Positions 1-12,308 of a stretch of 64,000 bases of DNA are shown here, piece after piece. Below the pieces are notes generated by a model. It was not told the origin of the DNA, did not search any database, and saw only the letters and a list, made by a program, of their open reading frames with translations. This DNA is from Syncephalis fuscata S228. Its lineage: Eukaryota; Fungi; Zoopagomycota. Position numbers and translations under genes: made by a program. The stretch is from contig JAHLTZ010000026.1 of assembly GCA_025786725.1 (NCBI GenBank), positions 331,129-395,128 on the forward strand, written 5' to 3'. How positions within the stretch are numbered: the first letter of the stretch is position 1; each line of letters opens with the position of its first letter.

Positions 1-353
1 ATTACTAGTACATTTAATCTAATGTAATGTAAATATTAGATTATTGGTATATGTACTACTGTAGTGACACAATGGCAAGTACGACGAAAGACACGTTCAT
101 CCTTAGAAGGAAGAGGAACCGCTTTTTGTTAATAATGCTTCTTCACCAGATAGTCAGTCTTACTATCATTCTATGTCATCATCAAATTGATGGATACTCA
201 TTGAACACATCGTATATACACACAAATACACACACATATATATATTAAACGTACTCGGTACAAATAAACAATACCAATATTTTTATTTTTAATATCATTG
301 TAAAAGTAGAAACAGTACAGCAAAGTGTAATTACACTTCAGTGACATACGTAT

Positions 354-2182
354 TTATTGCAAAGCCCATATTTCTATATGAGCACAGGTAAATGTCTCAT
401 GAGTTGATAGTTGTGGATTATCAAAGGTGGCACACGGCATACTTGAGCCATTATCAAAACTACTATCAATCCATAGACCAAATTTGCCATTACTAATGTC
501 ATTGATAGTGTTGATAGATAGGATATTAGTATTGTGTCATTCGTTATTGTGTTGTTATCCCAACACTTACTCAACACCCATAGCAATGTAATTAGGCTCA
601 GTCATAATGGAATAGTCATTTTTGCCCGTCCATGAATACACTTCAAGTTTATCTTTACCATTAGACGGATCTTGATCTAATTGCCATAAAAGCTAGTATC
701 AAACGTATTAGTATATTAATAACTATATAGGATTATTATTTATATGGTTATTATTACCATTCACCAGATCCATAACAGCCAATATGTGGTTTAAATGATT
801 CAGTAGCATATCCACCAAATATCTAATAGTATTGGTTAATAAACAGCCATATCATTATTAATATTATGAATCTAATTACTTTGTTTTCTTCATCTTGAAT
901 GGCTAGAATAATTGGACCTTTGTTCTCTACACGATTTAGCATGGTAGTAAAACTAATGCCATGTTGATCAAGACTATACAAAAGAGACCATCGCCGAGAT
1001 AAACGTTGTAATGGTGGTAGTTTTAAACGAAGCTACAATAAAAATGATTCATTAATACATTAATATATTGTTGTTAATAGTTACCTGAGATGCTATCCTA
1101 GTTGTTAATACACGCGGACAGTCTGAATATCGACCTATTAGATCAACTTGAGGTGGTGGCACCATAGTACTTGAATGACTGGTGCCTGTATGCATGGGTG
1201 ATCGAGGAGGATATGGATCGTTGAATGTACCCAGGGTCATTGGAGATCTAGGAAAGACGGCAATACTATGACGTGGTTTAGTATAAAGATTGTCTTTAGA
1301 TTGCTCTGGTGTAATAGATCCTGATATATAGGATTTACTACGAGATTTAAATAATGGTTTACGTCCAAACCACCAACTGCCCATTTCCTCTTTATCACTC
1401 TCTGTATTCTGTTCATCTCTATCTGTCTTTTGAACATGATCAACCTCACTATCTTCAATTCTACCATGACTAGGCATAGCATCCAGCGATAAGGTCGATC
1501 CCCGTTTATAATGATTTGACGGGTCTACATGCGTAAACTTTACTTGACCGCCCCGTGAAAACCGTGTCGTGGGAGACATCGTTGTCCAGGTGTATTCCGA
1601 ATGTTCCTCCACTGGACTGGCCGCCAATACAAATGACGATGTCGAGTGTCGTTGTCCACGTCGCAGGGCAACATAAGGCGAGCTCTTTGGCGTTGAGTGC
1701 GGGGCCGGTAAAGGAGAAGTGGGTGCCGATGACTCAGTCGGTGACTCACATAGCACTAGTGAAGATGTGCTTGTGGCCGGTAGACCGCCGCTAGTTATTT
1801 GTACCGGCTCTGAAATAGTCGACAGAGAACGAGAGAACCCATGACTAGTATCGGGCGGCGATCTCGATATCACCTGGACTTGTTGGTGCGAGTGAGCCGT
1901 GGTGGCCGTCGTTTGTTGTGACGAGCCGTAGATTAGATCGCGAACAAATCGACCAAAAGCACCACCACTAACCGGTGCACTGTTGTGACTGCGTGTTGTA
2001 GTTGTGGTGATAGCACCCGTTGAAGCGGGTGGCTGTGGGCTACTGGCACTGCTGTGACCATATTTGCCGCTGTTATGGTCACTATCGTCTGTGGTAGCAC
2101 GATGACCCACCGGCATAGACTGGCTTCGGATAGCCTGGCGCTTCCAAGGGTCCAGTATACGCTTAGTATCAGTTTCAGTCAT
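354..2182 (-). CDS. OXR1: TLDc-domain oxidation resistance protein (Oxr1-like) with long Ser/Thr-rich N-terminus; multi-exon
   Basis: The 376-aa ORF splices into exons reading LPPLQRLSRRWSLLYSLDQHGISFTT, IFGGYATESF, CYGSGE, GKFGLWID..FDNGSSMPCATFDN and IEIWALQ*, which are TLDc motifs. Confidence 0.85.
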
Positions 2183-2959
2183 TGCAGTAAAAGGCTCAAT
2201 AGGCGGTATTTAAAAGGAAATAGATCACGACGAGCAGCAGGTGCGATATAAACAAAAAGAAACAAAGAATAGAATGCTGCCAACGCGAAACACGGCCTCC
2301 ACCAGCACTAGACGCTTTTATATTGGCTGTCGTTATGGCTAACAACAATAATAACACGGCCAATGATATTCATACTCTATGCTAAACTACCATATACACA
2401 GCCGTTGACTCAATACTGCCCCCACCAACGTACCAATACGAAGAATGACTACTGACAAGCCGCAATGCTGATAGACTACTATTGCTATTACTGCTACTAT
2501 CGCTGCTACCGTCCAATAGACGATAAAAGGATTAATGATGCACTGTATCCGGAAAGTCTTTTGTGCATAAGCTGCCGAAGCAGAATAAAAAAGGAGTAAC
2601 AAAAGTTAAGCGATAGAGTGAAGAGAGGAAGTGTAAAAATAGACAACTGGTAAAGTGAAATATAATACAAAATGGGGCATTCATATAATTGAGACCGGAT
2701 GTGGTTAAATGTGTTGTTTAATTATGATATTGAATGTGTAACATACGTATCATATTGGATGGATGGTTGGTTATGAATCAATAAACTGTCATGACTTATT
2801 AATGAATATATCAGTGTTATTGATACATTGACCTATTCTATAGACTATATAGATTGTTTACCAATTTATTGGTTGTAACTCAGTTTATTTTCTGGCGAAA
2901 GGGCCTGTAGTATTGGTGTAGCTCTCTTTCTTTTTTGGTTCTCGTTCTATTTCAGTCCA

Positions 2960-4420
2960 ATGAATTCTAACGACATGCCTAGCCAGAGAAAAGTAGCGTT
3001 TATTGTTAATGGCGTGGCTGGCGGCGGTAAAGGCTATGCTGTATGGAATGAAGTAAGAACTGTAAATACTTCAAGTATGTTCAATTGATAGCGTCTACAT
3101 TAGGTTAAACCACTAGTGGAGGCTGATTATCCATTAGGATATACTATGGCTTCCACTGAACGATCGGGCCATGCTATTGAATTGGCACAATCATTCGTTA
3201 CAGATGGTATGTATAGGGTAGATAATAGATATGAGTGTATTGATTATGATAGTATAGGATATGAATTAATTGTAGCCATTGGTGGAGATGGCACTATTAA
3301 TCAAGTCATTAATGGCTATTTATTAGCAGGTGGTAAAGAACGTGGCACTGTTATAGGAGTGATGTCAGGTGGCAAGTAACATGGATGAATGATGATCGGT
3401 ATCGATAGTAACACACTACATTAGGCACAGGAGGTGATTTTATACGTTCATTAAATATGAATAAATTAACATCAAAGATGGCATGGGCAGGTATCTATAG
3501 ATGTGCACTATGCATGATTAACACTGTTCTATTTAGGAGGCGGTCAAGGAAGGAAAGACGATGGCCGTTGATGTAGGCTTGGCCACGTATAGACCAGTAC
3601 CCGAACCGGTATCGACAGCATCTCATGAAGAACAACGATACTTTATCAATATCTGCAGTCTAGGCATGACGTAAGTTATATAGAGGATCAACATCAGTAG
3701 GTTGTAACTATATCATAATGTGCTATTAGAGCGGAGGTAGTTAAAAGTGTAGAAAACAGATCTTTGTTAAAGAAATGGAGTAGATCATTTGCTTATTGGG
3801 TGCAAGGTGTACTTACGCATTTGCCGTATTATCCATTACATCCGGTGACTCTTTCATGGTCATCACCGAGTATGAGTTCGGCCGATGTTGCCAGTGATAG
3901 TGCGCATTCACCGACGGCTACCATTATAAAGGAGAAGGTGAAGCTCTATTTTGCGGCTATTTGTAATGGACAGTATTTTGGTGGTGGTATGCGAGTGGCA
4001 CCCGATGCACAACTATCCAGCGGTAGGGTAAGTACTTTTAGCATAGATATTGTTGTTATTAATGCTTGCTGATATAGCTTGAGTTGGTGCGTGTACGGGA
4101 TATTAATTTATATCGTGCCCTTGCGCACATTATTCCTGGCCTTAAAGAAGGACAAGTATTAACGAAGGCTGGTCCTGCCCATGCTGTATCGGCCTCATGT
4201 ACAACTTTTAAAGCCGAGCCTGACCCATTGGACGAATCTTTTACTTCGACATTTATTGAGCTCGATGGAGAGTTTGTTGGTAAGTCATGGCTAATGATAG
4301 ACGCATTATAATAACATTTATAGGATAGGTACACTTCCCATGGAAGCATCGGTTATTAATGAGGCAGTTTTACTTCGTATGCCTAATTCTAATTCTGATT
4401 CTAATTTTGATTCTATTTAA
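2960..4420 (+). CDS. Diacylglycerol/lipid kinase family protein (DAGKc, YegS/BmrU-like); multi-exon
   Basis: Motifs IVNGVAGGG, GGDGTINQVING, GTGGDF (restored by a GC-AG intron at 3372-3424), CNGQYFGGGM and ELDGE. Confidence 0.85.
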
Positions 4421-4430
4421 TACTACAATT

Positions 4431-5354
4431 TTATTCATCATCATCATCTTCTTCTTCTTCTTCTTCTTCTTCGTTATCGGATGCAAAGTGAATATGTTCG
4501 CGTTTCTGTTTGTATTTGCGTTTTTTCAATAACTTTCTTTGTTTAACTTTATCGGAATCGATTAGTTCAGATAGTTCTATTGGCTGTTTATCTGTCTTCA
4601 TAATTACTCCACTAACAGTGTTATTGATATGTGATGCCTTTCGTTTACGTCCATAATCGGTAGTTTGATGAGTGCCCATTAACATTTGTTGATTGGTGTT
4701 TATATGGATATCATTAGGATTAGACTGCATTTGGTGCTTTTCTTCTCTTAATCTATCTCTATAAGCAATATACTCTTGTTTTAATTGTAGCCAGTCGTGC
4801 CTATATCGAATAGCTGGTTATAAATAGCTTTTTACACTTTACACCTTGCTTACTGGCTCATTATCCGTGTATCGCTCAATTCTTTACGTAATGCTGCTAG
4901 TGATGAGGGCACCTCTGAGCTTTTACTAACTGAGACTTCATTGACTTGTAATTTATCTATTCAGTGATAAGTTATATATATATATATATATATATCTAAT
5001 AACAATTGACTGTTCATTGTCTTACAAAGAGTTGTTTGAGATTGCAACTGGTCAATAAACTGTTTTGCTAATAAAGCGTTTTTAAACTGAATAAAGCACC
5101 AGTCGCGTAAACGTCCTTGTTCATTACGTGGAAATTCAATACATTGAACTGTGTCTGTTCCTATAGCTGCTTCTACACTGTTACATATTTTCTCTTCAGT
5201 CTTCCAGGCTGTTGGTAATTGCTCCTATTACATAGATTGGCGTCTATTGGTATACTCAAGCTATTATTTATCTACCATCTCTTACCAGATACACACTGCC
5301 TGCAATTACCTCTTTATCTTCGTTTGTACTAATTAAAGTAGTAGCAGTAGACAT
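4431..5354 (-). CDS. RRM protein resembling the central part of LARP7/Pof8 (no La motif visible); multi-exon
   Basis: Spliced GSVYL|EQLP...IEFPRNEQGRLRDWCFIQFKN (RNP2/RNP1), then RIMS.HDWLQLKQEY, similar to the LARP7 LRVLSKxEWxxLKxEY block; basic and acidic tail. Confidence 0.55.
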
Positions 5355-5572
5355 GATTCATTAATAAAGGATAGGTTGGAATATCAGTTAATTTCGATCA
5401 ATAGTGGTGTTTGTTATGTTACTAATTAGTAAAAAGGATTTGGCTTAGGTGAAGTACATATTCAACCCAATATTTTTTAGTTCAGTTTTCTATTGATACT
5501 GAAAAATACTATTATCATTACACTTATTATTTCATTTTAATTTCTGCGTAAAGCTTTAGTATGATTTATATG

Positions 5573-5756
5573 CTATAATAGTATAACGATTTTAGCTACA
5601 AACCAACAAACCATGATGTTAATAAATATATCGATCTGCACATTACTATAATTGCAACATACTACAGCGAACTAGAACTGGCATATCATCCACCATGGCT
5701 ATACTGGCTACAAAAGTCACGAGGATGATACAGATACCAACAATAAAGAGCTTCAT
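5573..5756 (-). pseudogene. Truncated or degenerate paralogue of the micro-exon secreted-peptide family
   Basis: 94-nt exon 5663-5756 encodes MKLFIVGICIILVTFVASIAMVDDMPVLVRC plus a phase-1 GTATGT donor. It is clearly homologous at DNA level to 38117-38209, including upstream sequence. No intact micro-exon chain follows. Confidence 0.6.
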
Positions 5757-6499
5757 GGTGATACTGATTTATTAAGACAAACAAGTAGAATAGACAATAG
5801 ATTGTGGTGGTAGAAAGTAGTGTGTGTGGGTAATACTATTAGTTGCTTGTGTGTATTGTGTGTCCTATTTAAGTCTATGGCTATACTGGAATATCAATAT
5901 AATGTATTGTATAAACTATATTGTTGATGCGCAATGTAAACCAATAGCAGCACATTTATATGATAGTTCGAGACTTGCGTATGCCAATATATCGATGGCG
6001 CAATAGTATACAACCAAATCTTTGCTTTAACCTGTTCAACATTTACGCAGATGGCACAGTATTCTCAGCATCCGGTACATATGCGGTAGAATATATATGT
6101 AAACCTGTATCTTTTTACACAATTCAACTGTTTAATGAAAATGTGCATTGGTTCAGTAAAAACAGGAATAATGTCTTTGTTGCCACTTTTACCAACTAGC
6201 TCAGTCTCCAACATTTGTATGCATACCAAACAGCGCACAGCACCAATGCAGTAACAATTCTGATGCGTTAGGATATGGCCATTATCACAAAAACGAAAGA
6301 TACCATTTAAAAAATGTATTGTTATAGTGTTAAATATACGAATAGTAACAGTTAGTACACTAGCATTATTTAAACAATTGACTAAAAAATAAATTAAATT
6401 AATATTATATAACGCTATCATGATGATTTATTAAAATAAAGCATTTAAAAGTTTTTAGCTAGTAAAATACTAGTCAGTGTAAATGTCACACAATTGGCA

Positions 6500-9107
6500 T
6501 CTACTTACAATGCTTGAAATCTTTAACCGATCTTCATTTGTAAACGATTCATTTGATATTGATTGTTTTAAAATTTGCTAAGCCATTGGTAATAATGCAT
6601 CTAATAGCGTTGATATTGTTAACGGCTTTTGCGCTAATAGCTGGATTACTGTTGTTGGTAAAGCTGCTGTTTTAGACACTTCCTGAATTATTGCTGGTAT
6701 TGACTCGCTTGTGTCATCTAATTGCAATATCTTTTTGTTGCTTTCTTGTGTTCTTCAACTAATTGTAGTCTGGCAGTTTTTTTGGTTGTTTAAAAAACCA
6801 AGAACTAGCCAACGCTTGATCCACCGTTAAACAAGTATTGCAATTGATATCGAGTAGATCAGGCATTAGCTCTTGACCTGTAATAATAGTAATAGCTGCT
6901 ATTTACATCAATACTATTATATTTGTGTACTACCTTTATTTAAAAAATGATTTCATTGACCAGGAAAAGGTAGCGGTTCGGTTAAAAGCCTTATAATATA
7001 TTGTTCACGCATTTTGCAAATACTACAAAAATGACTGCCTAAATAAATACTATATTAGCACAAATGCATATGCTGTTTATATGTGTCTACCTAATAGTAG
7101 AATGTGAAGTACTATACCAAGACTCCACATATCCACTTCTTTTCCATAACCCTCCTCAGCAAACTGCGAATTTAGCATGTTTTGCAAAAAAGGATTTAAA
7201 TCAAGTATAGCTGCAACTATTTTGTCTTTAGATTTGGCCTTAAAATTATATCTGGAGCAGCAAATCCAGGTGTTCCACATGTGTCAATAAAATATGGTTT
7301 TTTTCGGTAAGCATCTGCACCAAACCAAAATCTGAGACTACTACAGTGGGATTGGTACAATGTTGCTTCAAGAGAAAAACATTCGGCTAACGTTAAAAAG
7401 TTAAATGCTGTTAAAAACAATATAATGTAACTTCTCTACTTACTTTGATGTCCAGTGATATTTAATTAATATGCTGGTTATAGTAGTAATGTATATATTA
7501 ATAGTTATGGTTATGTACTTACCCTAATGAACAATATTTCTATAATGAAGACACTAAATTTATATAAGCAGTGTATTATTGAATTTTAGTAAAAACTTAC
7601 CTTTACTCCGTTCAGCAATTGCGTAAAAATGTACTTTGACTCTGTTTCAGACAGCGGTGCGTATCGCATGTAGTAGTCAAACAGATCACCACCGAGAGCA
7701 TACTCAAAACCATATATGTATTTTTCTTGGTCACTCCAGTGTTCAAAAGCTGTACAACATTTTTGTGTCTTTAAAAAGGCTTTAACAATTTAATTTCTTG
7801 CCTTATATTATTGGGATTGTTGTCGTCCTCCAAATGCTTAATTCGATCATTGCTGACTATTTTAATAGCAATAGGTGTATGATTGTTGCGCGTGTAACCT
7901 GAAATAACATATTCATACCTGCCGCTATTGTTCATATTTTAACAATGCAGTTAAATAGTATTAAAGACCTACGGTGCAATTACTCTACTGCTCAAAACAT
8001 ACTTGTTTTAATTATCTTGATTACCAAAAGCGTTAAATTAATATAGTTACAATTGCAAACATTATACTTCATCATACTCGTCGCTTTCATCGTCCTTATA
8101 AACTTGAATGGAAATCAGTGTGTATATATTGAAAGTAGCTAGTAATAACAGAAATTAGGCAGTTACTAGCATGAAGAAACACTTACTAGGACATCCAGGT
8201 ATACGGAAATAGCTATCAAAGTAATTCTCGCACGTATAATTTGGTTGAATTTTTTCGTCATTGACTATGGAATTAATTAGTTGTTGCATGTAAAAATTAT
8301 ATTCGTGACCCACCAACTATTACAGAGTTGCTTATATTCTAAAATAAAAACATTAATATGAATACAGCTAGACACAGTTGGCCTATCTGAAACTAAATAA
8401 TATTGACAATCTAAATAACGATTGTTAGCTAGCATCATCAAAATGCTATTAAGATACAATCTATTACTTACACGATATATACGAAAGTGTTTGGAACAAA
8501 TGCGCTTTTCACTCAATACGTAGTCACTAAAATATGCAATAGATTGCTAACAGGTGATGCTATAATAAATCCACACTATTTATCAAAGTAAATTACAACC
8601 GACTACACAATCTTTAAAATTACGAATGAAAAACTCTAAATAAACAGTTACAATTAATTTGTTTTGTTTAAAATGCAATTATCTGTTTTTCATCATCAAA
8701 TGCTTCAACCCACACAATTGTTCCTTCTTTTTCTCTTTGTCTAAACTGTCCCAACAGTGAACATTTTTGATAAACAACCCTTTCTCGCTGGAAATCCGAT
8801 ATTGCAGTTAAACCAGAATCAAATGGGATAAAAAAGCTGGAGGATAAGAGCATGAGATATCATTACCTACAACAGAGACACTTGCGTGCATGAACGATGC
8901 TGGACTAGCAAAAGCAGAAACAAAACGCTGAGCTAATGCAGTAGTATTTGGAACATACGTTGGAGTAACGGTAGTAGATGTCGTCTTTTCTGCATTTCTG
9001 AAAGGTATTGGAGCTGACATGGATGCAGTATTTACGGCATAATCGTTTACATCTCTGTTAGTATTTACTACCAAATTAGATAAAGGCAGCTTATCAAAGG
9101 CAGACAT
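6500..9107 (-). pseudogene. Degenerate FHA-domain Ser/Thr kinase (Chk2/Dun1/Mek1 group)
   Basis: Fragments LSEKRICSKHFRIYR (FHA), IAIKIV, EYALGGDLFDY, DTCGTPGFAAPDI and GYGKEVDMWSLGIVLHILLLG are interrupted by multiple stops and frameshifts. Confidence 0.7.
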
Positions 9108-9734
9108 AAGTCGAGGCTAAACAACGTAAAATAGCTTTAAAAATAAAGTAAGACGTTTGTTTGTATAAGACGGCAATGAAATAAAATTATAATGGTTTAA
9201 ATATTTTATTTTCTGTTAACCGAAAGCGCCAATACTATTACATTTGAATGACGCTTATTACAAAGTCTTAAAAAATGTATAGCCATCAATAGTGTGCATT
9301 ATTTAGAAAACATCAACGCGTTGATAATAGTTCTAAAAACGGGTCTATTCAAACCAGCTCCATTTGTTAGTACAGATGTATCTATTTTTTATCTTCACAT
9401 GTTAATTGGCTCTAATTTAATCGCATTTCCAAGTGTCATATTAATTATTATTATCTAAGTGTCATGCAATTGACAGCATTCTATACAAAACTCTTAATTT
9501 TTATTTTTAATTACAAAATACAACAAAGTATTGTCCAGTCTAAATATACTAATTTAAGCTATTGTTACAAGTTAAATTAATTTAATAATAATAATAATTT
9601 TTATCAAATTAATATTAGAACATTTGACTAAGCTACTACTACTATTTCTTTTCTCTTTTAGTTACTTGAGCAATGTTACATCTTTTTATTACTGATGTTA
9701 TAACAACATCATTTTTTAATGAATTAAAATCAAA

Positions 9735-9962
9735 CTAAGTGTTGTAATAAGAAACAATAGCATCTATTGAGCTATTACAATTGTTGGTGTATATCCAATA
9801 ATTAGATATGTACTTAATGCTTTTGTTTGTACATTTTTTGACTTTACATTTGAAAATACAACAACATCGTCTACAATTGCCAATAAGCTTAAACCTGTCA
9901 ACGGCAATCCTTAATTCTTTGATACTGGTAAATATGACCCCTTCAAACAGTTTGTTAAACAT
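9735..9962 (-). mobile_element. Possible relic of a MULE/FAR1-type transposase N-terminal domain
   Basis: LFEGVIFTSIKELRIAVDRF followed by a Cys cluster and W resembles the MuDR/FAR1 DNA-binding region. No catalytic domain or TIRs were seen. Confidence 0.3.
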
Positions 9963-10692
9963 TGCAAGTGATTGAAAGATGCAATTAGACTATTTCAGCT
10001 ACTTGTGACACACTGTGACGATTAGCAATTTAATGGCTATCGTCTTGTTTACGCTTACTTCTATCGCCTAAGCATTAGTAACCACTAATTAATTGCTTAC
10101 CTTGGTATAACACGGGCCTGATGCTATTATAACATAAACAATAAGTAATCATTCTTTTAATTATCGACTACCACAGCTAAGCTTTAACAACTAAATAACA
10201 CGTGCAACTAAAGCGGAGAAAAGAATATAGAGCCAAGGATATAGAAAGTGAACTAAAATCTTTAGTAATAATTTAAAAACGGTGTATGTTTCAAATATCT
10301 CCTACTTATTTACTAAATTATTTACTTTGTTGTAATTAAATGTCAATCTTCAACATTTTGCTCTAGTTTTTGTTTCTTTATTTGGCTATATCAATTAAGT
10401 AATTTCTACTGTCTATTTAACTCAGCAAAGGCACAAGCTGTTTGTGATTGCAAATAGCAATTCTCCATGTGGCAGTAATTATTGCTTTAATGGTAAAAAG
10501 GCTGAGTTATATGGATATATATATGTATCTCCACACGTTCTTGATACTGAATAAGAGTTATCCAAAATTTTAAATATTTTTATAGTAATAGACAAAAAGA
10601 AGCTATTATAAAAGTCCATATTGGCGCCGCTGCTCTGCTCCAACTACTTTCCTCAATCTTTATTTTTACGCTAGCTCAATCAAAACGCCATC

Positions 10693-11733
10693 ATGATATT
10701 TGGTATTCAAACCAATATTTACGCAACCACTGTTGTGCTACTTACAGCTCTAGCGGTCAGTAGCAATGCAGCCTCAATATATAGGCGTGACGATATCCAG
10801 CAAAGTAAGCTAGATATTCTATTTAATGTGCACTGGAGTTTACAGATTTTAGCAGGCAAATTCTTTGATCAGCCTATCAATACGCCCGACGCCTTTAAAC
10901 AAAGCACACTTACCATAAACAAGGTTCTAGAAAGTAAGCATGGCATATCTTATGCCGAGGGGACCTATCAAGACAAGCCTATCCGCATTGCTTGTGGAAA
11001 CGATAATGATAACGCTGACGATCATGAGCTTTTGGTGCTCAAGGTATGTTCTGCGAAAAATACATCAGCAGCAGCCAAAGTTTTAAACCTGGCAACAATA
11101 GGATCTTAGGAAAGCCACTGCCATTTCACGTGCATCGGAACCCGGCTACAATTATCTTGCCTACCCAATACACGACTTTAACATTAATGAAAATAAATGC
11201 TACATCACCTCAGCTCGATGCGATCACAAACTAAGCGATCAGAATGAAAAGAAACTAAGTCCATCAATTTTATCCAATACAAAGCTTCCTATGCTAGGAA
11301 CGCAATATTTGGAAGGTAGATATTGTTTGTACATTAATTTACAACACTAACTTATATTATCAGCACTTTATGCTTTACGTAGAATTGGATGGTCCTATGG
11401 CGATGCAGAGCCAGAGGGTAGGTTTTAATTATTAGTACATTATTAACCAGTAACTGATTTTATTAAATGCTAGACTTTTGTGTCAATGCCGATGAAAACG
11501 AAGGTTTGCAGCTTGTTGTTCGCAACTTTGAAAAGGCCGACTATTTAAAAATCTCGGGTACTCAAGGTGTTAGCGTCAAGCGCTTTGTTGAATTGGTGAA
11601 CTGGCACACGATCTATCTGATTATGCTGACCAACAGCTTTATCAATGACTGGCTTTTTTCCGTAGGAGGATTAATTAAATCCCGTTACATTGTAACTGAA
11701 ATTATGAATGAAAAGTACTATGGCCATATTTAA
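10693..11733 (+). CDS. Secreted protein-kinase-like protein (pseudokinase); 4 exons; C-terminus may extend to 11843 if there is a 1-bp indel
   Basis: Signal peptide TTVVLLTALAVSSNA followed by IYRR. First intron 11044-11101. ALYALRRIGWSYGDAEPEDFCVN and LVVRNFEKA map to the kinase catalytic-loop and DFG regions. Confidence 0.6.
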
Positions 11734-12308
11734 AAGAGACTGGCGATCAAACTTTAACCAAACCAACCGAGACCAAGCCAGCATACCCGGCTATCTCGTC
11801 ACCACCTAGTGCGCAATTAAAGGATGATCCTATTGGATATTAACTTAATTGCATGACCATCCAAGTGTACTGGTTGTAACGATGACCATTAAAATAAACC
11901 AATGAATTAACAAATAAAATGTGATTGAATAGATTTATTCTATCGATGTTACTAGTTACTTTACAGTGCACGTCACGACACCAGTCAGCTGTTGCCATTC
12001 ATTTATTGCTTTCATCCTGCAGTTGATCACGAGGTGTGTTCAGCCGACTATAGCCACTTTTCTGTTTTATCATCTTGTCTCTGCCAATTGAATTACCAAA
12101 GCTCAACTCTTTCTATTCCGCTACTGTAACCAATTGTTTGTTTTTATTTGACATTGGAACGTGTGTATACAACCACGCAACGTGACGGTGCTAACACGCA
12201 CCCAGCTTTTACAATTCAATCCACCCGACGCGTAAGTTAGGTAGTAGCAGGAATCCAGGTTATATAATAGCTGGTACAGCTGTTACCGAGGTAGTCAACG
12301 CAGCAATC

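Noticed and set aside
5900-6421. Cys/His-rich ORF remnants on the minus strand, possibly a RING relic
   Set aside because: Ligand spacing does not fit a RING and stops interrupt it; it cannot be assigned.
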